Assembly: GCA_963704865.1 (NCBI GenBank)
Contig: CAVPIE010000014.1
Coordinates: forward strand, 69,937 to 133,936
From: an uncultured delta proteobacterium
Lineage (GTDB): Bacteria; Myxococcota_A; Polyangia; Polyangiales; Houyiibacteriaceae
Length of the DNA stretch: 64,000 nucleotides
Reading direction: 5' to 3'
The notes under the pieces are model-generated. The model was not told the origin of the DNA. It saw only the letters and a program-made list of their open reading frames with translations, and did no database searches. Positions 26,247 through 34,494 of the stretch are shown here, one piece after another; the first letter of the stretch is position 1; every line of letters starts with the position of its first letter. The translations under genes and the position numbers were made by a program.

Positions 26247-27610
26247 TGGAAACGCTTGTCGATGGCTTGGTGATTGGCATCGTAGGCTTTCCGGTGCTCG
26301 CCGTCTTCGTGCTCGGCTTGCGGGCCTGGCTCGATCGAGCGTGGAGCGAGCGAGCGACCGTCACGATCGTAGGTTTGGCGTTCAGCGCTTCCCTAGCCTC
26401 ATCTACGCTGACTGCGGGATGGCTTCTGCTGCGCGATTTCGCGGAAGTCCGCGTGCACTTGGGCAGCTGGTTCTCTGCCAAACACTATTCGTTCGATTGG
26501 AGTCTCGTCGCCGATCATCTGTCGATCCCGTTTGCAATCTTCTCGGCTGCTTTGCTCGGCCTGGTCGCGGCATTCTCGCGGAGGTATTTGCACCGCGAGC
26601 CGGGTTTCTCACGGTTCTACCTGCTGCTGACCATTTTTGGCGCTGCGGTCGAGTTCGTCGTCCTCGCGGGAAGCCTGGACTTGGCCTTTATCGGATGGGA
26701 GCTCGTCGGCCTGACGTCAGCTCTCTTGATCGCGTTCTTCCACGAGAGGCGCGCGCCGGTCGAGCACGGCCTCCGTGCCTTCGTCACCTATCGGCTCTGT
26801 GATATCGGTTTGCTCTCCGCCGCCGTTGCACTTCACCAGATGGTCGGTACCTCCGATGTCGTACCTTCCCCGACGGGTCCATGGGCGAGCTTCGTCGTTC
26901 CGGACACCGTGCTCGGGGCGACCGTGGTCGGCTTGCTCCTTCTCTGGGCGTCGATGGGCAAAGCGGCCCAAGTGCCCCTGTCGGGATGGCTGCCCCGTGC
27001 GATGGAAGGTCCCACTCCTTCGAGCGCCGTCTTTTATGGGGCGCTCTCCATTCATCTCGGGCCCTATCTCCTGCTTCGCGCCACATCGATTCTCGAGTTC
27101 TCCGGGGTCGCAGCGGGCTCGGTAGTCGCCGTGGGAGCGCTCACGGCGCTGCACGCGACGTTCGTGGGCCGCACGCAAAGCGACATCAAAAGCGCCCTCG
27201 CATACGCGTCGATGACCCAAGTTGGGCTGATCTACGTGGAGATCGGCCTTGGCTTCTACCACCTCGCCGTGGCCCATATCGTCGGCCATGCCGCCATTCG
27301 AACGCTCCAGATCCTCCGTTCGCCGAGTCTCCTTCACGACTACCATCATCTCGAACAAGCGATGGGAAAGCAGCTCCCCCGAACCGGCGGACATCTCGAA
27401 CGCCTAGTGCCGACGGCACTGCAGCCCTGGCTCTATCGCGTCGCTCTAGAGCGCGGGGGCTTCGACGCTTTTCTCAAAGACCACGTCATTGGGCGAGCGC
27501 TAGCCGTGCTCTCGTGGCTGGATCGACTGGACCGGGCCTGGGTTGACTATCTCACGAAACCAACACCGGCCAAGAAGTCACGTCAGCAGCGGGACGAGGT
27601 GACGTCATGA
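26243..27610 (+). CDS. dabB: DabB, NuoL/MrpA-like proton-conducting membrane subunit (PF00361)
   Basis: ORF trimmed to MMETLVDG (ATG 26243, ATGA overlap with dabA). GWELVGLTSALLIAFF and PLSGWLPRAMEGPTPSSAVFYGAL motifs of NuoL/MrpA-type subunits. Confidence 0.85.
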   Translation: MMETLVDGLVIGIVGFPVLAVFVLGLRAWLDRAWSERATVTIVGLAFSASLASSTLTAGWLLLRDFAEVRVHLGSWFSAKHYSFDWSLVADHLSIPFAIFSAALLGLVAAFSRRYLHREPGFSRFYLLLTIFGAAVEFVVLAGSLDLAFIGWELVGLTSALLIAFFHERRAPVEHGLRAFVTYRLCDIGLLSAAVALHQMVGTSDVVPSPTGPWASFVVPDTVLGATVVGLLLLWASMGKAAQVPLSGWLPRAMEGPTPSSAVFYGALSIHLGPYLLLRATSILEFSGVAAGSVVAVGALTALHATFVGRTQSDIKSALAYASMTQVGLIYVEIGLGFYHLAVAHIVGHAAIRTLQILRSPSLLHDYHHLEQAMGKQLPRTGGHLERLVPTALQPWLYRVALERGGFDAFLKDHVIGRALAVLSWLDRLDRAWVDYLTKPTPAKKSRQQRDEVTS

Positions 27611-28992
27611 CACTCGTATTTGCGGCTCTGCAACTCCTTCTTCTCCTCCCCATGGCCTGGTTCGTCGCGCGCTCGCCCTCGTCACGAACAGCCCGTCACC
27701 GCGCTAGCTACGCGATGGGTCTCACCGGCTTGCTTGCGCTCACCCACGTCAGCTGGCGCGTACTAGGAGCTCCCATGCTCGAGCGATCCGCCGACTGGGT
27801 CGCGATGGAGGACCCGCACTCCTGGGCTCCCGCATTCTCGTTGATTACCTGCCTGATCGGCTATGCCGCGATCGTCCTCAGTCCAATTCGTGGAACGCGT
27901 CCAAAGACATTCGCGAGGATTTTGCTTCTCATCGCGATCGCGTTGGTCTTCCTGGTCATTCGCCATCCGATCGGGCTTGCCGTCCTCTGGGGCGCTTCGG
28001 CGCTCATCGTGTGGCTCGAGTTACGAGAGATGCGACGAACTCGAAGTACGGCGAGGTTATTCGCCATTTATCATGTGCCGAGTGTCGTCGCGCTTGGAAT
28101 CGGCGCGGTGCTGCTCAGTCGAGGCGAGTCCACGGTTGGGCTCGTGTTTCTCCTCGCCGGCATCGGAATTCGCGAAGCCGTGATCCCGCTCCACAGTTGG
28201 TTCCCCCCGTTCGTGCAATACGCACCCATGGGACTCGTTGTGGCGTTCTTTGCACCACAACTGGGCGTCTATGCGCATCTCGAGTTGCTCCGAGGGGAGC
28301 TCCCGTCGCAACTTGCTCACGGGGTGGCGTCTCTCGGTGCGATCACTGCGGTGGTCGCCGCAGCTCTCGGCATTGCACAAACGGACGCGCGGCGCGCGCT
28401 CGCATTCTTGATAATGAGCCAGACAGGGCTCGTGGCCTTCGGCCTGGATACGAGCTCTCCCGTTGCCCAGATTGGCGCATTGCTCACATGGCAAGTGATA
28501 GGGGTGGCAACCGCCGGCTTCGCAATGACGCTCGCCTCTCTCGAAGCCCGGCGTGGGAATCTTTCGGTCAATGTCCCGGGCGGGAGTTTCACCCGAACGC
28601 CGCGCATGGCTGTCGCTTTTCTCTTCATGGGTTTTGCAAGTGTGGGCCTGCCGCTGACGCTCGGTTTCGTAGCCGAAGACCTCTTGGTTCAGGGATCGGT
28701 CGATGAGTTCCCACTACTTGCCTTTGCATTGATCGCCGCGACGGCGCTCAACGGGATCGCTGTGATGCGAGCGTTCTTCACGTTGTTCAGCGGATCTTCC
28801 AAGCACATTGGGGAACGTGACCTGACCAGACGTGAAGCAGCCGTACTGACGATGTTGATGGCCACGCTCCTCATCATGGGTCTGTTTCCGGGGCAGACCG
28901 TTCGGCGGCTCGAGCGCGTCACCGAGGGTGATGCCCAGCCCGTTACCGTCGTCCAGACGCTCGACGTCTCGCCCGACGCGCAACGGCCTTGA
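27607..28992 (+). CDS. second, divergent NuoM/N- or MrpD-like antiporter-type membrane subunit
   Basis: ATGA overlap with dabB. About 13 TM helices. Degenerate version of the PF00361 core (IPLHSWFPPFVQYAPMGLVVAFFAPQLG in place of ..LH.WLP.AMEGPTP..). Confidence 0.7.
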   Translation: MTLVFAALQLLLLLPMAWFVARSPSSRTARHRASYAMGLTGLLALTHVSWRVLGAPMLERSADWVAMEDPHSWAPAFSLITCLIGYAAIVLSPIRGTRPKTFARILLLIAIALVFLVIRHPIGLAVLWGASALIVWLELREMRRTRSTARLFAIYHVPSVVALGIGAVLLSRGESTVGLVFLLAGIGIREAVIPLHSWFPPFVQYAPMGLVVAFFAPQLGVYAHLELLRGELPSQLAHGVASLGAITAVVAAALGIAQTDARRALAFLIMSQTGLVAFGLDTSSPVAQIGALLTWQVIGVATAGFAMTLASLEARRGNLSVNVPGGSFTRTPRMAVAFLFMGFASVGLPLTLGFVAEDLLVQGSVDEFPLLAFALIAATALNGIAVMRAFFTLFSGSSKHIGERDLTRREAAVLTMLMATLLIMGLFPGQTVRRLERVTEGDAQPVTVVQTLDVSPDAQRP

Positions 28993-29860
28993 ACACGCGC
29001 TGAAACATCGCGGCGTCGCCGCTTGCCGGCTTGCGCTGGTCTTTTTTGTCACCCGACTCTGGGTAGAGCTGGTATGCGGCGTTCAGGATGCGATCGACGG
29101 CATTCGGCGCCACCCCATAGGCGAATTCGAATAGATTTCCGACAGGGGTGGCCACCCGTTTTGGCTGACGGACGATGCCGTCCGCCACTAGGTCGGCAGC
29201 TTCTTGGGCGCTCCGCATCGGAAACGAGTCGTAGATCGTCGTCGATTTCATCATCGGCGTCTTGACCAACGGCATGTAGATCGTCGTGACCTTGACCCCG
29301 TCCTTCAGCGCTTCGACTGCCAGGACTCGGCTAAATGCGTCGAGTGCCGCTTTGCTCGCGATGTAAGCGCCGTAGCGCGGAACGTTCACCTGGACCCCGA
29401 TCGTCGACACGTTGAGGATCTGCCCGCTCTTCTGTGCGCGCATACCCGGAAGAAATCCCATGATGAGACGCACCGCGCCCAAGAAATTGAGAGCGAGCGT
29501 CCGCTCGAAGTCGTGCACCCGATCGTAGGACTTGGCGACACTTCGGCGAATCGAAATTCCTGCATTGTTGACGAGGATGTCGACTTGGCCGTGGTCAGCA
29601 AGAATGGCGGCGATCAGACGCTCGGTGTCCTCGGCGTTCGATAAGTCGCCAGGATACGCGAATGCCGTTCCGCCGCGCCCCTCGATGCTCTTCTTCATAT
29701 CTTCGAGCTTGTCGGCGGATCGGGCGACGAGCAGGACCTTTGCCCCGGCGTCCCCCAATCGATTGGCCAGCGCTTCCCCAATCCCGCTCGAAGCGCCGGT
29801 GATCGCGACGGCACGGCCGGAAACCCGTTCGCGCAAGGCGCTATCTTCGGAGTCGGTCAC
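28943..29860 (-). CDS. short-chain dehydrogenase/reductase (SDR), classical family with C-terminal extension
   Basis: C-terminal 305 aa of ORF 28943..30376, with a GTG at 29860 (or a TTG at 29836). ITGASSGIGEAL, NNAG, YGAYIASKAAL (YxxxK). The 3' end overlaps the convergent 27607..28992 gene by 50 nt. Confidence 0.8.
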   Translation of the reverse strand: MTDSEDSALRERVSGRAVAITGASSGIGEALANRLGDAGAKVLLVARSADKLEDMKKSIEGRGGTAFAYPGDLSNAEDTERLIAAILADHGQVDILVNNAGISIRRSVAKSYDRVHDFERTLALNFLGAVRLIMGFLPGMRAQKSGQILNVSTIGVQVNVPRYGAYIASKAALDAFSRVLAVEALKDGVKVTTIYMPLVKTPMMKSTTIYDSFPMRSAQEAADLVADGIVRQPKRVATPVGNLFEFAYGVAPNAVDRILNAAYQLYPESGDKKDQRKPASGDAAMFQRVFKAVARRARRRASGRR

Positions 29861-30629
29861 CGGCGAAGCGTAGCCCAGTCGATGCGCTCTGCGGCGAAAA
29901 ACATTTGTTAATCGTCGATCTCGCGGCCATGCAGGCGTTGAATGTGTCGGGCGTTGTCGCCCTCGACGAGGTGAATGCGTTTGTCTGAGCCGGCCCGGCG
30001 TCGACGCTCTGCACATCCAAGCCCGGACCAAGCACGTCTTCGACAAACACCCCCTCGAGCTCTGCCGAACGGCCTTCCTCCGTCGGAATGGCATCGAGGA
30101 ACTCATCGATGAATTGATTCGACTTCCCCATCCGAAAGAGAAGTGCAACGACCAAGTAGTTGGGCGGATCATCGGCCGAAAGACCAGGACGTGAATGCAC
30201 CAAGTGCATCTCCATGGGATAGGTGATGCCGTCGACGAGATGCTCAGAAGGCGTGTGAAAATGAAGCTGCATGAACTCGTAGCTGTTGCCGTCGAACTCC
30301 GTCGTGGTGCCCGTGCGGAAGTCGAGCTGCACGGTGTGTCCGAGATTCTGTACCTGGTCTGCGCCATCTCCAGCATTGAGATGGATGGTGTGCCTCCCCT
30401 CTTCGGCCTCGCCGGAAAGGATGTTCACGGGGGACTGGAGTAGTCCATGCTCCAGGCCGGGAAGCGCGTAGTAGTGACCAGATGCCGACTCGCCGCCCGA
30501 GCCCTTGGACTTCTTCGCAGATACGACTGCCGCGTCGCATGGGGGACAAGACTTGGAAGCACAGCCCATGCCAGTCATGAAGACCATCAGCGTTCCGAGG
30601 GCGCTGCCGAGGACACTTCGTGAGCTCAT
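29841..30629 (-). CDS. alpha-carbonic anhydrase lipoprotein, with a possibly frameshifted or decayed 3' end
   Basis: Lipobox MTGMGC. Exact alpha-CA signature SEHLVDGITYPMEMHLV with the HFH..H zinc histidines. No GSLTTPPC/Thr199 loop downstream in this frame (see findings). Confidence 0.75.
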   Translation of the reverse strand: MSSRSVLGSALGTLMVFMTGMGCASKSCPPCDAAVVSAKKSKGSGGESASGHYYALPGLEHGLLQSPVNILSGEAEEGRHTIHLNAGDGADQVQNLGHTVQLDFRTGTTTEFDGNSYEFMQLHFHTPSEHLVDGITYPMEMHLVHSRPGLSADDPPNYLVVALLFRMGKSNQFIDEFLDAIPTEEGRSAELEGVFVEDVLGPGLDVQSVDAGPAQTNAFTSSRATTPDTFNACMAARSTINKCFSPQSASTGLRFAGDRLRR

Positions 30630-30715
30630 CGGAGGATTGTAGGGGAAGAAGGGTCCTATGCGTCAACCCACTTGCTTGTGTCGATCCGCCAGCACAATTT
30701 TCCAATAGGCGGCGC

Positions 30716-32431
30716 TCAGGGCAAGCGGCGTTGGTCATCGGGCAGGTCGAGCGCGAGGGTGCCGCCTGGGTTGAGCACGTTCCGGGGATCGAAGTGCCGC
30801 TTGAGGGCCCGAAACACCTCGAGCTCATTGCGTCCGATCTGGCCTTCCAGCCATGGCGCGGTCATTTTTCCGATGCCGTGGTGGTGACTCATCGTGGCGC
30901 CGGAAGCCTGGACGGCATCGAGGATGCCGCGGTGAAACTCCAAGAACTCCTGGTGACCCATTTTCGCGATGAAGATGAAGTATAGATTCGCGCCCTGCGG
31001 ATAACAGTGGGACATGTGCGTCATGCAGACGGTCTGCGGTCGGCTCTTGACGTACGCCCGAACGTGCTGGTGCACTTTCGGAAGCTCGTCCCAATTGGTG
31101 GCGCACTCGAGGGTGTCGATGAGAATGCCGTAATCCTGCAGGTCCTCGCGCATGTACGGATCGGTAAAGCGGCCGTGCTCCCACTTCTTGGTGATGAACC
31201 CGGTGGTGTACATCCCGCCATGCGCGCTGCAGACTTGTCGGAGTCGGCGTTTGACCATTGCCGTATAGGCGCGGTCTCCGTCGACCGTTCCGAGCATCAG
31301 GCAACGCTCGCCCTTTTTGAAACCCCGCAGGCTGACGAGCGTGTCGATCGGCGTGCCCTCGACCCCATAGAGCTTGAAGGCGACGTCGGTTTCCTCGGGG
31401 TCGGAAAGTCGAAAGACCGATGGAACACCAAACTGACCCTGCATGATCTCTCGGACCGCAGCCGTCCCGCTCTGCCAATTCGGAAAGATAAAGCTGAAGC
31501 GGCGCGTGTTCTCAGGCTGATAGCGAAAAATTTTCAGGGTCACCGCCACCAAAATCCCGTACGCCCCTTCGCTTCCGATCATGATCTGATCGAGGTTGGG
31601 GCCGGTCGAATACGCGGGGACATCGACGGTTTTGATCGTGCCAACGGGTGTGATGTACTCCTGGCTCAGCACCAGATCTTCGGCCTTGCCGTAGTACGTC
31701 GAATTCTGCCCGGCGCCGCGTGTCACCACCCAGCCTCCTGCCGACGAAAACTCGAACGACTGCGGGAAATGACCGCAGGTATACGCATGCGGTGCGTTGA
31801 AACCCTCGCGCGCACCGTTGAGGGCTGCTTCGAGATCGGGCCCTAGAATACCGGGCTCCACCGTGACCGTTTGATTCACGACATTGAGGGACAGGATGCG
31901 CTTCATATGCGTGCCGAGATGGATTGAAACCCCGGCTCTCACGCACTCGGTGCCGCGGGTGACACTCGAGCCCGCCGCGTAAGTGTAGAGAGGAATTTCC
32001 TGCTCGTGGCAGTAGCGAACGATCTGCTCGACATCGTCGCGGTCGCGCGGGTGCAGCACCAGGTCGGGAAGATTCTCTACTTCGTGGTCACGCAGGCGAA
32101 GCGCGTCGACCATCGTCTTGCCGTACGACACGCGGAGCCTCGAGTAGACATCGTCGCTCACGTTCTCATCACCCAGCAAACGGCGGAAGAAGCCAACCTG
32201 CTCGGAGCTGAGCGAAATCGGAGCGTCCGCTGTCACCTCTTCGAGGCCTAGCTTCTGTGGCTTCTCGAAGTGCTCGTCCCCGATTCCGAACGTCTCTTTC
32301 ATCAAGGCGTAGAGTCGCGGATTCGGGTGCTTGTAGGCCTCTGGCGCTCCCCACTTGAACGCCGAACGATAAGAGCGCTTTGGAAGCGTTCCCTCGAACC
32401 ACTGCGGAGTGAAGGAATCCTGGTCCGTCAT
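30716..32431 (-). CDS. alkyl-dihydroxyacetonephosphate synthase-like FAD-linked oxidase (AGPS)
   Basis: ORF trimmed to MTDQDSF (ATG 32431, ATGA overlap with the upstream gene). FAD_binding_4 region. AGPS-type motifs SVFRLSD, SHCYPQGANLYFIF, HHHGIGK. Confidence 0.85.
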   Translation of the reverse strand: MTDQDSFTPQWFEGTLPKRSYRSAFKWGAPEAYKHPNPRLYALMKETFGIGDEHFEKPQKLGLEEVTADAPISLSSEQVGFFRRLLGDENVSDDVYSRLRVSYGKTMVDALRLRDHEVENLPDLVLHPRDRDDVEQIVRYCHEQEIPLYTYAAGSSVTRGTECVRAGVSIHLGTHMKRILSLNVVNQTVTVEPGILGPDLEAALNGAREGFNAPHAYTCGHFPQSFEFSSAGGWVVTRGAGQNSTYYGKAEDLVLSQEYITPVGTIKTVDVPAYSTGPNLDQIMIGSEGAYGILVAVTLKIFRYQPENTRRFSFIFPNWQSGTAAVREIMQGQFGVPSVFRLSDPEETDVAFKLYGVEGTPIDTLVSLRGFKKGERCLMLGTVDGDRAYTAMVKRRLRQVCSAHGGMYTTGFITKKWEHGRFTDPYMREDLQDYGILIDTLECATNWDELPKVHQHVRAYVKSRPQTVCMTHMSHCYPQGANLYFIFIAKMGHQEFLEFHRGILDAVQASGATMSHHHGIGKMTAPWLEGQIGRNELEVFRALKRHFDPRNVLNPGGTLALDLPDDQRRLP

Positions 32432-33609
32432 GCTTTCTCTCTTTCCGTCGGTTTGACCGGCATGTCCCACGGCGTTCCCATGAGCGCCAGCTTCATTCGC
32501 ATGAGCCTCGAAGGCTGGACGCGATTGGGCCGTAGCGGCAACTGATGCTCCTCGATGAGCCCCGAATCGAGCCCGTCGACCAGCTCGATCGAGCCGTAGG
32601 GCCGCAACAACTCGTCGACCGCCTTCCGATTGGGCTCGCTGAGACGCCGATACTCGTTTTGAAGCACTTCGAGACAATACACGCGGTAGCGCACGACCTT
32701 GAGATTGCGATACGTGACGCCGTGCGCTTGGTGGTCGACTCGTGCTTGCCCAGCTGCCCAGGCGCGCGCATTCCGCAAGAGGAATGGCCAGTAGCTCTGT
32801 GCGATCTCGCGCAGGAAGTACTCCCACCCCGGTTGTGAAAAATCGCTCAGGATAGGCTCCCGCCCAAGGCGATGCGCCCGCGCGTTCCACACTCGCCCGA
32901 CCCAGGCGTAAACCGCTGGCGCGCGCTCCATCATGACGCGGCTCGGCGTGGGGTCCTGCGCGTAGTGCCGAAACATCGGCCCGAACACGCCGATGTCGAC
33001 GAGTGTCGGATGACTACCAAGCAGATACGGCTGCGCCTCGAGGAGCTCGCTCATGGCGTCGAGCAGGTCGAGGTACTGTTGCTTCACCTCTGGCTCCGTT
33101 TCGGCGCTCAGACCGTCACCGCGCAAGTATGTCGCCATCTGGCGGCGTCCGTAATACCAGCCGGCGAACCACTTGGGCGCCGGGAAATCGGCCAGCACCT
33201 CGTGCCCGATGCGATGCATGAGAAGCTTTCGTGACTCAACCGGTTGCCAGCGCCAATAGAGCGCCGCCCGCCAGCACCATTCGTCCGCGTAGTCCTCGAC
33301 CAGCTTCGACATGAAGCGGAGGACGGGGTCCCGGGGGATCACCGGCGACTCTGGATACGCCGAGTCGAGCCAGTCGATCATCGGCGTCGTGTCTTTGAGC
33401 CACTGCCCATTGGCCAGGCGCAGCACCGGCACCTTCATGAGCCCGGTGGCCGGAAGGATCTCGTTGCGCATGACTTTCATGTCGACGACCCGTCGCTCGA
33501 AGGGAATCTCCTTGTAACGAAGGTAAGCTTCCATCTTCCCGCTGAAATACGACATGTCCGCGACGTACGCGGTGATCGGCTCCCAATCGGGATGTCGTGA
33601 CTCAGCCAT
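32428..33609 (-). CDS. glutathione S-transferase-like protein with an extra C-terminal domain
   Basis: ORF trimmed to MAESRHPDWEP (ATG 33609). GST-N-like thioredoxin fold (SYFSGKMEAYLRYKEIPFERRVVD..KVPVLRLANGQWLKDTTPMIDWL) and GST-C-like helices. About 150 additional C-terminal residues of unknown type. Confidence 0.65.
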   Translation of the reverse strand: MAESRHPDWEPITAYVADMSYFSGKMEAYLRYKEIPFERRVVDMKVMRNEILPATGLMKVPVLRLANGQWLKDTTPMIDWLDSAYPESPVIPRDPVLRFMSKLVEDYADEWCWRAALYWRWQPVESRKLLMHRIGHEVLADFPAPKWFAGWYYGRRQMATYLRGDGLSAETEPEVKQQYLDLLDAMSELLEAQPYLLGSHPTLVDIGVFGPMFRHYAQDPTPSRVMMERAPAVYAWVGRVWNARAHRLGREPILSDFSQPGWEYFLREIAQSYWPFLLRNARAWAAGQARVDHQAHGVTYRNLKVVRYRVYCLEVLQNEYRRLSEPNRKAVDELLRPYGSIELVDGLDSGLIEEHQLPLRPNRVQPSRLMRMKLALMGTPWDMPVKPTEREKA

Positions 33610-33714
33610 GGGTGTTCCTCCAGCTATTCCGGATCGAGTCTTGAGAGAGGCACGGTAACATGTCACAGGACTCGCGGATGCTCTTGCAGGAATGCGAGCG
33701 CTAGGGAGCCAAGC

Positions 33715-34494
33715 ATGGACCAACGAGAAACGGCATTGATCACCGGCGCCTCGATGGGCATCGGCAAAGAGCTGGCAAGGATCTTCGCATCGGACGGCCG
33801 GGACCTGGTGCTGGTCGCGCGCAGCGAAGACAAGCTTCAAGGCTTGGCGCAGGAGCTCGAGGGCGCGCATGGAATTCGCGCACACGTCGTGCCCGCGGAC
33901 CTCACCGACCCAGGCGCGCCGGCCCGCATCTTTGCCGTACTCCAAAGCGAGGGGCTCGAGGTCGACTATCTGGTCAACAATGCCGGCTTCGGCGCGAACG
34001 GCCCGTTCGCGGGGCTTCCCCTCCAGTCACAGATGGACATGCTCCAGGTCAACATCGATGCGTTGGTCGCGCTCACTCACCTTGCCCTGCAAGGCATGCT
34101 CGCTCGCAAAAGGGGACGAATCTTGAACATCGCATCGACTGCCGGCTTTCAACCAGGGCCAGACATGGCAGTGTACTACGCGACCAAGTCATTCGTGCTC
34201 CTGTTCTCCGAAGCAGTTGCAGAAGAGGTCAAGGACGCCGGCGTCACGGTGACCGCGCACTGTCCCGGCGCGACGGTGACCAACTTTGCTGGCACCGCGG
34301 GGAACGACAAGAGCATCCTTTTCAAGCTCGGGGCCGCGCCGGCCGACAGAGTGGCCAGGCATGCCTACCGTTCGATGATGAAGGGCAAAGTCGTCGCCAT
34401 CGAGGGCTGGCTGAACTGGCTGACTGCATTCAGCGTGCGGTTCAGCCCACGATTTCTGGTTCGCAAACTCGCCCGCTGGATGAACAAAACATGA
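33715..34494 (+). CDS. SDR-family oxidoreductase with a hydrophobic C-terminal tail
   Basis: ITGASMGIGKELA, NNAGFG, YYATKSF (YxxxK). C-terminal WLNWLTAFSVRFSPRFLV amphipathic or membrane segment. Confidence 0.85.
   Translation: MDQRETALITGASMGIGKELARIFASDGRDLVLVARSEDKLQGLAQELEGAHGIRAHVVPADLTDPGAPARIFAVLQSEGLEVDYLVNNAGFGANGPFAGLPLQSQMDMLQVNIDALVALTHLALQGMLARKRGRILNIASTAGFQPGPDMAVYYATKSFVLLFSEAVAEEVKDAGVTVTAHCPGATVTNFAGTAGNDKSILFKLGAAPADRVARHAYRSMMKGKVVAIEGWLNWLTAFSVRFSPRFLVRKLARWMNKT

Noticed and set aside
28943-30376. 477-aa ORF as a single protein. The same issue applies to the N-terminal extensions of 30716..32890, 32428..33945, 45944..47362, 50689..51747, 54154..55116 and 54822..56024.
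   Set aside because: The N-terminal portions overlap neighbouring well-supported genes in another frame and lack family similarity. Internal starts give proteins of canonical length, often with start/stop coupling or signal peptides.
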